From Eledone cirrhosa (Eukaryota): a DNA stretch of 64,000 nt. Under the pieces are notes generated by a model, which saw only the letters and a list, made by a program, of their open reading frames with translations, searched no databases and was not told where the DNA came from. Positions 25,519 to 36,691 of the stretch are shown in pieces. Numbering within the stretch: the stretch's first letter is position 1; the number at the start of each line of letters is the position of its first letter. The stretch covers positions 32,488,001-32,552,000 of the forward strand of contig OZ024740.1 of assembly GCA_964016885.1 (NCBI GenBank). Reading direction: 5' to 3'. A program made the position numbers and the translations under genes.

Positions 25519-25636
25519 CCTGTGCATGGGCCATCTGCCAGTGCTGTACATTGGATGTACTGCCAGCTCTGAGAAACAGTGGAAACTCTGTAATGTCTCC
25601 GGCAGCATAGATTCCTTCCACATTTGTTTTCATGTA
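25519..25636 (-). CDS. AIFM3: AIFM3-like exon
   Basis: YMKTNVEGIYAAGDITEFPLFLRAGSTSNVQHWQMAHAQG; cag/gtaagt. Confidence 0.93.
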
Positions 25637-25997
25637 CTGAAAAACGACAAGAGGAAAATGTTTAGATTTTATCAACTAATATCTTTAAAGAAGTGAATAG
25701 TATATTCATGATGTGTTGTGTAATTTGGTGGCAATGCTCCCCCCCCCCCCCCCAACAACATCACCACCATCAACCACCATCAACCCCAACCTCACCACCA
25801 CTATCAATCATCACTACCATCACCACCAACAACAACAATAACACCATTACCACTATCAACCACTGCCATCACCACTTACCATCTTATAATTGTGCTTTCA
25901 TGAATTTTATGAATTTAAAGAATGAATAAATACCAAAAGATTTTTCTCTCAATCAATATTTTTGAAAAATGTTTAATAATCTCTTGAATCAACTTAC

Positions 25998-26074
25998 TTC
26001 ATTGACAGTAATAAATCCATTAGAATTCTTTTTCAAAGGTGTACCTTCCAAGTATGTTGTTGCTGGTACGACTC
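25998..26074 (-). CDS. AIFM3: AIFM3-like exon
   Basis: GVVPATTYLEGTPLKKNSNGFITVNE; aag/gtaagt. Confidence 0.9.
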
Positions 26075-26699
26075 CTTTGAAGTGAAAAAAAAAAAAATTC
26101 AAGCAATGAATATAAAAGCAAAAAAACAATTTGAAAGGGTATAGTTTAAAAGTTACTATAAGGAATAAAATAGCATCTTTCTTTATTGAAGAGAAATGAT
26201 TGTTTAAATAGGCTGAAGTCATCAGATATCATAATAAAGTTGTGACAGTCATTCCTTCCTGAAAGATGGTAGCAATGTAATTGAAATAAAATGGTTATAT
26301 ATAGAAATTAAAACTAGGTAGGAACCTCTTCTTGTAAAGAATTTCCAATTAATAGTAATTATGTAATTATTGACTGATAAGATCTAAAGCAAGAATAATT
26401 CTTGATTAGTTTGAATGTTGATAGTCACCATTAAAATCAAGAGAGCGATTTCTCCAAAGAATTAGTATTGAGTAGGAACCAAATAGGAAACAAAACTGTC
26501 TTTGGAATATCTATTGGTAACCATAAAATACTACAAACCTATGTGATAAACAACACAACAGAAATATAGAGCACTTCAAAATGACTAGCATAATATTCTC
26601 ATTAACATTATATTAAAAATATTGAGTTTACAGTAATTATTTTCATTGGAATGTATATGTTAATTACAGTTATAGAAGTGAGGAATAGATTTTACCATA

Positions 26700-27786
26700 T
26701 GTCAGGTAAGCTAACTAAGAACATAGATTTTACATGTGGCCGGTGCTCTGGTGCAATAAGTAGCAGCAAGTGCCCACAAAATACTAGCTCTTTCAATTGC
26801 GCAGAGGGTTCTATAGAAATAGTGGACAGCTTCCGTTACCTGGGTGACAAAATCAGCAGTGGGGGAGGGTGCTCGGAAAGTACAGTAACTAGAGTCAGAA
26901 CTGGATGGAAAAAGTTCAGAGAGCTTATACCACTATTAGCCGCTAAAGGGTTCTCCCTAAAAATGAAAGGCAGGCTGCATGATGCCTGCATACGAACAGC
27001 AATGTTGCATGGCAGTGAGACCTGGGCATTGTGTGCAGAGGATATACGCAGACTAGAGAGGAACGAAGCTTGCATGCTCCGCTGGATGTGTAATAGTAAT
27101 ATACGTGAACGGCAAAGCATAAATGAACTAAGGGAAAAATTAGAAATATGAGGGATCAGATGTTGTTTACTTGAGAGAAGACTACATTGGTATGGTCACG
27201 TGATGCGCATGAAAGATGACAGCTGTATAAAAAAGTGCAGGGCAATAAAGATAGACGGTAGCCACGGAGTAGGCAGACCCAGAAAAACCTGGGACGACCT
27301 GATAAATTCCGACCTCACACACTTACGCCTCTCCAAGACAATGTCACTGGACCGAGACCTTTGGCGCTACACAGTAATAGAGAAGACCCGCCTTACCTAA
27401 GTACAAAGTAAAACCTTCTACAATCAGTAGGCACCTCTAACAAAATCCCCCCCCCCCCCCCATCCACACCGCCCCTTTCAATGTAAAGTTATGTTGGTGC
27501 CACAACATCCAGTCCGAAACAAATGAGGTCGTGTAGGTGTCATGACAAAAAAACACACAGCCCACGCTGTAATGTGGCCGTGTAGGCAACACGGTAAAAA
27601 CCTCCCAGCCCCACACTGTAAATGTGGTTGGTGTTAGGAAGGGCATCCAGCCGTAGAAAACCCGCCAGACAGTCCTATGCGAGCAAGACAACCACTCTTG
27701 CCTCAAGTGGGAAAACTCCCGTCCAAACCCATGCAAGCGTGGAACATGGACGTTAAACGATGATGATGATGATGATGATGATGATG
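26700..27786 (+). mobile_element. RTE-clade LINE 3' end, subfamily B (near-identical to 21836-22880)
   Basis: direct sequence match over about 1 kb; (GAT)n tail. Confidence 0.92.
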
Positions 27787-29060
27787 TACTCATGACAGAG
27801 AGAGACAGGCTAAAGATATGTCTTAAGAGATGTAAGTACTGGTAACAGAGAGAGAGACAGGCTAAAGATATGTGTTAAGAGATGTAAGTACTGGTAACAG
27901 AGAGAGACAGGCTAAAGATATGTAAGTACTGGTAACAGAGAGAGACAGGCTAAAGATATGTGTTAAGAGATGTAAGTACTGGTAACAGAGAGAGACAGGC
28001 TAAAGATATGTAAGTACTGGTAACAGAGAGAGACAGGCTAAAGATATGTAAGTACTGGTAACAGAGAGAGACAGGCTAAAGATATGTGTTAAGAGATGTA
28101 AGTACTGGTAACAGAGAGAGAGACAGGCTAAAGATATGTAAGTACTGGTAACAGAGAGAGACAGGCTAAAGAGATGTAAGTACTGGTAACAGAGAGAGAC
28201 AGGCTAAAGAGATGTAAGTACTGGTAACAGAGAGAGACAGGCTAAAGATATGTAAGTACTGGTAACAGAGAGAGACAGGCTAAAGAGATGTGTTAAGAGA
28301 TGTAAGTACTGGTAACAGAGAGAGACAGGCTAAAAATATGTAAGTACTGGTAACAGAGAGAGACAGGCTAAAGATATGTAAGTACTGGTAACAGAGAGAG
28401 ACAGGCTAAAGAGATGTGTTAAGATATGTAAGTACTGGTAACAGAGAGAGACAGGCTAAAGAGATGTAAGTACTGGTAACAGAGAGAGACAGGCTAAAGA
28501 GATGTGTTAAGATATGTAAGTACTGGTAACAGAGAGAGACAGGCTAAAGAGATGTAAGTACTGGTAACAGAGAGAGAGAGACAGGCTAAAGATATGTAAG
28601 TACTGGTAACAGAGAGAGAGACAGGCTAAAGATATGTAAGTACTGGTAACAGAAAGAGACAGGCTAAAGATATGTGTTAAGAGATGTAAGTACTGGTAAC
28701 AGAGAGAGACAGGCTAAAGATATGTAAGTACTGGTAACAGAGAGAGACAGGCTAAAGATATGTAAGTACTGGTAACAGAGAGAGACAGGCTAAAGATATG
28801 TGTTAAGAGATGTAAGTACTGGTAACAGAGAGAGAGACAGGCTAAAGATATGTAAGTACTGGTAACAGAGAGAGACAGGCTAAAGAGATGTAAGTACTGG
28901 TAACAGAGAGAGACAGGCTAAAGAGATGTAAGTACTGGTAACAGAGAGAGACAGATTAAAGATATGTGTTAAGAGATGTAAGTACTGGTAACAGAGAGAG
29001 ACAGGCTAAAGATATGTGTTAAGAGATGTAAGTACTGGTAACAGAGAGAGAGAGAGACAG
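27786..29060. repeat. 38/50-bp minisatellite
   Basis: gtaagtactggtaacagagagagacaggctaaagatat with optional gtgttaagagat. Confidence 0.95.
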
Positions 29061-29364
29061 AATGTATAGACAATATGTGATTCTTTGACTTGTCTAGTTT
29101 CAGATTGTCACAATCAATCCAATCCATGCCAGCATGGAAAACAGATGATCATTATTGTATTAGCAAGAAACTGTCAAAGTCACATAAATGTCACTAATAT
29201 TAGTATTATATTGATACAGTGGTATCTATTTCATTGATTCAAATCCATGCACACTGAAAGACAGAGTATCTCCACTTCCATAAATAAATTGATTCAATGA
29301 TTTTCTTTCCATTACAAATCTCATGCTGATAATGATGGACTGTATGTATGCCAGTATTTCAATA

Positions 29365-29740
29365 AATAATGTTGCTTTTTTTATATTTTGACACAATTCA
29401 AACAATTTAGGGTTAGAAGAAAATTGATTATATCAACCTTAATACTTCACTGCTACATTATTTTATTGACCTTGGAAGTATGTAAGGCAGAGTTGACTTT
29501 GGTGGGTTTTGAACACAGAATGTAGAAAGCATTTTGTGAGATGCTCTTCCAATACTGCCAATCCACCATCCTTATTTTAATAAATAATTGTTTCTAATTT
29601 TGGCACAAGGCCAGCAATTACTCAGTGCATCACTGGTACTTATTTTTATCGACCCCGTAAGGATGAAAAGCAAGGGCCGTAACTCTATGCGTCAAAGCAT
29701 GGCGTCTGACCCTCTACCGATACTGCTAATCCACCGCCTT
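29365..29740 (-). mobile_element. two head-to-tail SINEs of the same family (another copy about 31782-31930 on +)
   Basis: same central block and AGAAACAATTAT tail. Confidence 0.75.
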
Positions 29741-30415
29741 CAATAGATAATGACACTAAAAAAGGTATGGACTTATGCAAAGGTTGGCTTGTTAATTTGA
29801 ATCAATTATATATGAATACATTTATATAACCAACCAAACATCTAGCAGCAATGAACTTATATGGGAGTTAGCAAAACAGTGGAGCATATTGAACCTTGTA
29901 ACAGAGTGACAATTAATAAGAGAGAACCTAAGGTGAAATAAACTAAAGAAGATATATCTGAGAAAGAAGTGTGTAGCAGTAATTTGGACAGGTGTTTATG
30001 AAATTTTGAAGTACACTAATGTAATTTTTAAAATTTTGTATGTGATGCAGTTACAGTATCATTTTATCCTTTTCAAGAATGTCTAGCTAGAGTGGTTTCA
30101 TGTGGGTCAAGCGGTTTAAAGTTAATACAGTGTTTGAAAAGGTACAGGATAATTTAGGTCGGAGTAATAGATAACTACATATGTTTGGTGTGGGACTTGG
30201 AGCTAAATGTAGAGAGGCAGAGTGAAAGAGAATCAGGTAGAAATGTGCTTTAAATAAATCAACAAATTTAAGAAGTGTGTTCACAGTAGTTTCAATAAAA
30301 ACATCATTCAACACTGGACAAGTTTCTGTCAGTTAAACACAGCTTGATTCACTCCAGCATGATAAAGTAAGCATAACACATAAAGTCTTGAGAAAGAATA
30401 TTAATAATTACTTAC

Positions 30416-30551
30416 CAATCCCAACAACACAAATATCAGCTGGTAGCTCTTCACCATTGGCTAAACTAACTGAAGTCAACTTGCCATCATTTCCATGAAG
30501 TTCTGTTGGGGTAGTGCTGAACTGGAATTTCACACCTTTATCTTTGAATAA
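30416..30551 (-). CDS. AIFM3: AIFM3-like exon
   Basis: LFKDKGVKFQFSTTPTELHGNDGKLTSVSLANGEELPADICVVGIG; cag/gtaagt. Confidence 0.92.
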
Positions 30552-31182
30552 CTGTCAAAGAAACATTATATATGCACACATGTATGTATATACAGTCTTA
30601 TATCAGCGAGACACGGTCATCCGACGCAACTTGCCTCCAATGGGACAAACCTGTCTAACCCATGCTAGTGTGGAAAATAGATGTTAAATGATGATGATGA
30701 TGATGATTACTATTATCACTGATACATTGCCACACTCCAACCAATAATAATTGTTAATTTGTTTTCTTGGTCTTCCTTTTGTTTCAGTATAGTCATAAGA
30801 CCTGTCCTCATAATACAAAAAGACCCATCTCCAAAATACAAATGATCCATCCACATGTACAAGCACCATGACACTAAAAGTAAAGATGGTGGGTGACTGG
30901 AGGCTATTGTGTTTGGCAATCAGAGACAATATAAAGTTTGAGAGGACTCATTAATCTGGCCAAACATGTGACAACCTTTCAAGAGCTGGTATCATGACAA
31001 CATGTGCCCAGTACACCCTGTCAACACAATAAAGTGGTGGAACTGATGTCATGAAAAATGCACCCAGTACATTTTGTTATGGTGGAGGTCAAATATGGAA
31101 TGTCTAAGTGGAAAGTGGTTGTAAAATGATGATGAGGAGGAGAAGGACAATAATGATGATCACAAATAATACAGTGACTGAC

Positions 31183-31298
31183 TTGCAATATCTTTTCAGC
31201 CAAATCAGTTCCCAAAACAGCTTTGAATGGTAAATTTCCTCGACAGACGACGGTGACAGACTTTGCTTTACCTGAGATTACAGCTGCAACTTCCATAC
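31183..31298 (-). CDS. AIFM3: AIFM3-like exon
   Basis: GMEVAAVISGKAKSVTVVCRGNLPFKAVLGTDLAEKILQ; cag/gtcagt. Confidence 0.9.
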
Positions 31299-31326
31299 CT
31301 GGTGGGCAAAAATAACAATTGTAATC

Positions 31327-31620
31327 CATTAGTAAACATGGGTAATTAGGATGGTATGGGTGGGGTAATTAATAAACATGGGTAATTAGTGTGTATGGGT
31401 GGGGTAATTAGTAAACATAAGCAATTAGGGTGGAGTGGGTGGGTTAATTAGGTGGTATGGGTGGGGTAATTAGTAAACATGGGTAATTAGGGTGGTATGG
31501 GTGGTATAATTAGTAAACATGGGTAATTAGGGTTGTATGGGCGGTATAATTAGTAAACATGGGTAATTAGGGTGGTATGGGTGGTATAATTAGTAGACAT
31601 AAGTAATTAGGGTGGGTGGG
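31327..31620. repeat. about 40-bp degenerate minisatellite next to an AIFM3 acceptor
   Basis: aattagtaaacatgggtaattagggtggtatgggtgg units. Confidence 0.85.
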
Positions 31621-34527
31621 ATAAATGGTATATTATTTAGAACTAATATGGTTGAAACAATGTAACTACTCAAATAAAAACATTCAGTGATTTTTAGTCT
31701 AAAACATTTATGGTTAAACTAAGGCTGTTGAAATTGTATCAACAAAAACTTGTTGATATAAAGATCATAACTGGTTTCTAGAGGCGGCGAGTTGGCAGAG
31801 TTAAAAGATGTCGGATAGAATGCTTTATGGTATTAGTTACGGCTCTCTGCTCTCTGAGTCCAAATATTGCTGAGGTTAACTTTGCCTTTCATCCTTTTGA
31901 GGTCAATAAAGTACCAGTGTAGTACTGGGTTCATTCTTCTTCTCTCTGGAAGAAATTTGCTGTTTTCAGGCCAGGAGAGGGGTGGGCTCTGCCAGGCTTA
32001 AAGTGCCAAGAAACGCTGTATGCCAATACAGCGCCTCTACGACTCTATCAGGAGTTACAGGACCATACAATTGGTTTCTATTAACTATAGAGAGGGTGTT
32101 ACTCAGCAGGATGTTGTGAGAATTTAACAACTCTTCTAAAAAAAATTCCAAGTGTTTAATTTTAGCCTATACTGAACCTAGAGGTACAGCTGTAGAAAGG
32201 TGAAGTCAGTATTCAGAAATATCTGCAGATGCTGCATCCTGAATATACGTCAGTGTAAACAACATGGAAGCAATGCTGATATAAATGAAATATGTATAAA
32301 ATACTGTTTCCAGTATTACATTACAGAAGATGAGAAGCAGAAAGTAAGAGGGTGACCAATATTTTGCAGCACAAGGATCAGAGGCAATGAGATGTTCTGA
32401 ATTGCAAAGCAATGTATTAGAGGCAACCAAAACATCATGAAGTGTATATAATAGCAGCACATAGCATGGAAGTGCTATTATGAGGGGTTGCAGAATGAGA
32501 ATGCATGGGAAAGTAAGGACTTACAGTAAGTAAACCAAATAGAGGGACAAGCCATGGAAATCAATGGTAGTCACCATGTGGTAGCAAATGCAATTAAGGA
32601 GGTGAATGCAAGGGAGACAGTTCATCAGAGATAGATGCAAAGATGATTAAATTATCTGCTGGCTAAAGTACAGATTAGTCACTCATATATTCAGTCAAGT
32701 AGTACAGGAAGATGACATACCCAATAACTGGTGTAACAACATCACTATCAACTGCAACAACAGCAAATGTGATGCACTAGAGAAAGGCAATTATAGAAGC
32801 ATCAAATTGTTGGGCCAGGTTATGAAAGTCACAGAAAGAGTTATAGTGTAAATGACTAGGAACAAAGTTAGCCTTGATGAGATGCAGAGAAGTACTACTG
32901 ACTCAATCTCCCTAGCGAGATAACTACTGGGGAAAGGATTAATTAGTAGTAAGCTCCTATAAAGAGCATTCATTGACCTGGAAAAAGCAGTTGATAGAGT
33001 CCCCTGCTCTGTGATATGGTGGCTACTAAGGAAGCTAGGAGTAGATGATGGCATGTGAGGGCTGTACAATGAATTCAGTAGCTAATTTAGCAGGTAACTT
33101 CATTAGAAGAGGAAGTGGATATAACAGAATGACAGTAACCAGAGTGAGAACCTTGTGGAAAACATTCAAGGTGCTGTTATTTTAGCTGGCAACAAATGTC
33201 TTCTGTCTCAAGGTGAAGGACAGATTGTATGAAAGTTGTGTACAAGCTGCTATGCTGCTTGATGGAGAAGTGTGGGTGTTGAAAGTAGAGAATTTGCTAT
33301 GGCTAGAAAGAAGGACACATGTTCTACTGCAGCTGTTATGTAAGTGTTCATGAATGACAAAGCACAAGTAAAGTGAGAAAAGAGTTGAATATAAGAGAAA
33401 TGAGACATAGTGTGCAAGAGAGATGATTGTGCTGGTATGGATATGAGATGTGTATGAATGATGACAGTTTTATAAAGAATTGCTGAGGACCTGAACTAGA
33501 TGGAATAAGCAAAGAAGACATGAGACAAAATGGTGAAGACTGGCCTAAAGAAACTAAACTTCATGAAAATGACATGGGACCATCATGACTATTGACACAC
33601 CCTGCAATACAAACACCACCATGGTTACTGGTGGTAGTGATGGAAGGTAGGATTTATGGCCAACCCCACTATGATACTCTATAGGGGAGGGAAGGGTATC
33701 TAATAGAGGCCACATATCTATCAGGTATATCTAATGCTCAATATAATCACTCTCTACTGCCAGACATCTCATTTCTCATGCTCTTACCCACCACTCCTTC
33801 TCTCCCATCACTACCACCCCCTCTACTGCTACCCTATTCCTACCAACTTCTCTTTCCACTGCTACCCTATCCCTACTACTACTACTACCCCCCCCCCACA
33901 CACACACCCCTCCACTGCTACCCTATCACTACCCTATCACTACCCCCTCTCTTACTATCCCATCACTACGACCCCCTCTCTCCATTCCCTTCTATCACTG
34001 TTTTCACCACAATCAAATCAATTTCTCTTCTTTTTCACCTCTTGATCATCACCCTCCCTCTCTAATCACCTTCTTAGTCATGTTTGCCTTGAAAAACTAC
34101 ATTGAGTGAGGAGGTTGCTTTATCTTTGCAGTGGACAAGACAACCTCTCTAGTGTTGGTGCCATGATAACATGCACTGAGTACACCTTATAAAGTAGTTG
34201 AAGACTGAACATTTCCTACAGATATTTCTAATTTGAAAGACCCCAGGAGGTGGATAAGAAACAACAGCATAACCATAAACATCTTCTCATGGAGATCTTG
34301 TGTTCCTCAGGTAATCCAAATTATCCATATGATCCGGGGACAAAACATAGCAAGGGCACAACACAAGTTATACACACACACACATGTATACATACAAATG
34401 CACACAAACACATACAGATACACATAAACACACATGCAAACACATCCAAATACACATATGTAAATACATACAAACAAACACACACACACTTAGGAAGAAA
34501 GAACATAAATATAGGAAACAGTGTTAC

Positions 34528-34658
34528 CAATAAAGGATGATCCAATAACAACAACATTTTTGTCTTGACTTTCCTTTGCAATAAAGTTAGCTTCATTTGG
34601 TGTTCTTAACATACAGACATTCTGCAAGTCACTTCCAGGAATTTCTAATTTTCTAGGA
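34528..34658 (-). CDS. AIFM3: AIFM3-like exon (NADH-binding motif)
   Basis: PRKLEIPGSDLQNVCMLRTPNEANFIAKESQDKNVVVIGSSFIG; cag/gtaaca. Confidence 0.92.
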
Positions 34659-34905
34659 CTGAAACAAAGTCAAAATTGGATAAGTAGAAAATTATCTGAT
34701 AATTTTATTAATGATAATGAGTAAAGAAAAGTAACTACATATCTTTTGATAACCCAATTCAGACTGGCATTAAATGACTAATTAGCTACCACTTCAGTAC
34801 TGACTTGGTCTATGTAGACCCATCCAACCCTTGCTAACAGGGAAAGCAGATGTTAAAACGATGATGATGATAATTCACAAATGTTTTCCAGACACTTACC
34901 TATAC

Positions 34906-36686
34906 ATCATCATCATCACCGTTTTACGTCCGTTCTTCCACGCTAGCATGGGTTAGACGGGTTGTCCTGTTGTGGGCAGTGTCTGGTCGGCTGACCATGC
35001 CTTGCTCATACAGGAACTGATTTTGGCTTGATTTCTACAGCTGGATGCCCTTCCTAACACCAACCTCATTTACAGTGAGTGCTGGGTGCTTTTTCGTGGC
35101 GCCTACACGTCCACTTTACAGTGTGGGCTGGGTGCTTTTTTACCGTGGCACCTCCACGACCACCTTGCGGTGGGGGGTGTGGGGGCATATTGTCTATATG
35201 CTTCAGCTTGTACCCATGGGAGGTCGGGTACTCTGTATTACTGCGTGACGCCAGAAGTCACGGTCGTGTGTCATCGCCTTTGAGAGGTGTAATTGGGTAA
35301 GGTCGGCTTTTATCACCTCATCCCAGGTCATCTTGGGTCTCCCCACTCCGCGGTTTCCATCAACTTCTAGTGCTCTGCATCTTTTTATGCAGCTGTCATC
35401 TTTCATACACATCACATGTCCATACCAGCACAACCGCCTCTCCTGCACACAGCATTTGATTCCTCTTATGCTCAGTCTCTCTCTCAATTCATTTATGCTT
35501 TGTCGTTCATGTATATTACTGTTACACATCCATCGGAGCATGCAGGCTTCGTTTCTCTCTAATCTACGTAAGTCTTCCACCTTCAGCGCCCAGGTCTCAC
35601 TACCATGCAACATTGCTGTTCGGATACACGCATCATACAGTCTGCCTTTCATTCTGAGGGAGAAGCCTTTTGCAGCTAGCAGTGGTAGTAGTTCCCTAAA
35701 CTTCTTCCATGCCGTTCTTACCCTAGTTATTGTACTTTCTGAACACCCACCTCCGCTGCTAATTCGGTCACCTAGGTAGCAGAAGCTGTCTACTGTTTCT
35801 ACAGAGCCCTCCCAGAGATTGGTGGTACTTGTTTCCTGTGGCTGTTTGCTGCTTGCTGTCTCAGCACAGCTGCTGCATGTGAAGCCTATATTCTTAATTA
35901 AGCTTCCTGAGATGCCGCTACATCTCTTGTGTACCCATTGTTTGCATTTGGGGCAGAGAATGGAGTTCCTACCTACACCTTTCCTACATACTGAGCAAGG
36001 CCATTTCCCTGAGGGGATCTGGGTTCTGTTTTCTCGTCTACTTACAAGGACCTTAGTCTTTGTCAGGTTGACTTTGAGACCCTTTCTTTCTAGTCCCTGC
36101 TTCCAAGTTTGGAATTTCTTCTCTAGTTCTACCATAGATTCAGCTACGAGTGCGAGGTCATCAGCATACAGGAGTTCCCATGGGCATCCGGTCTTAAACT
36201 CCTCCGTTATTGCCTACAAGACTATGATGAACAGGAGGGGGCTAAGAACAGAGCCCCGGTGGACCCCAACCTGTATGCTAAATTCCTCGCTATACTCATT
36301 GCTAATCCTAACTTTGCTGACTGCTCCCCTATACATGGCTTGTACCGCTTTCACAAGCCATTCATCTACTCCTAGTTTTCTAAGAGCCCACCAGATTACA
36401 GCACGTGGAACTCTGTCAAAGGCTTTCTCAAGGTCGACAAATGCCAAGTTGAGTGGCTTACTTTTAGCTAGGTACTTTTCCTGTAATTGCCTCACAAGGA
36501 AGAGGACATCAGTGGTGCCTCTTCCTGGTACAAACCCAAATTGCATCTCGTCTATTTTCACCCGGTCCCTAATCAACTGTGCTATAACTCTTTCTGTTAC
36601 TTTCATGACCTGGTCCATCAACTTTATACCTCTATAGTTTCCTCTATCTAGTGCATCGCCTTTACCTTTGTAGCAGTTGACAGTTG
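34906..36686 (-). mobile_element. RTE-clade LINE, 5'-truncated, subfamily C
   Basis: RT motifs, PHD-like cluster, 3' UTR and (GAT)n tail; its 3' end recurs at about 19523-19810 on +. Confidence 0.92.
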
Positions 36687-36691
36687 ACATG

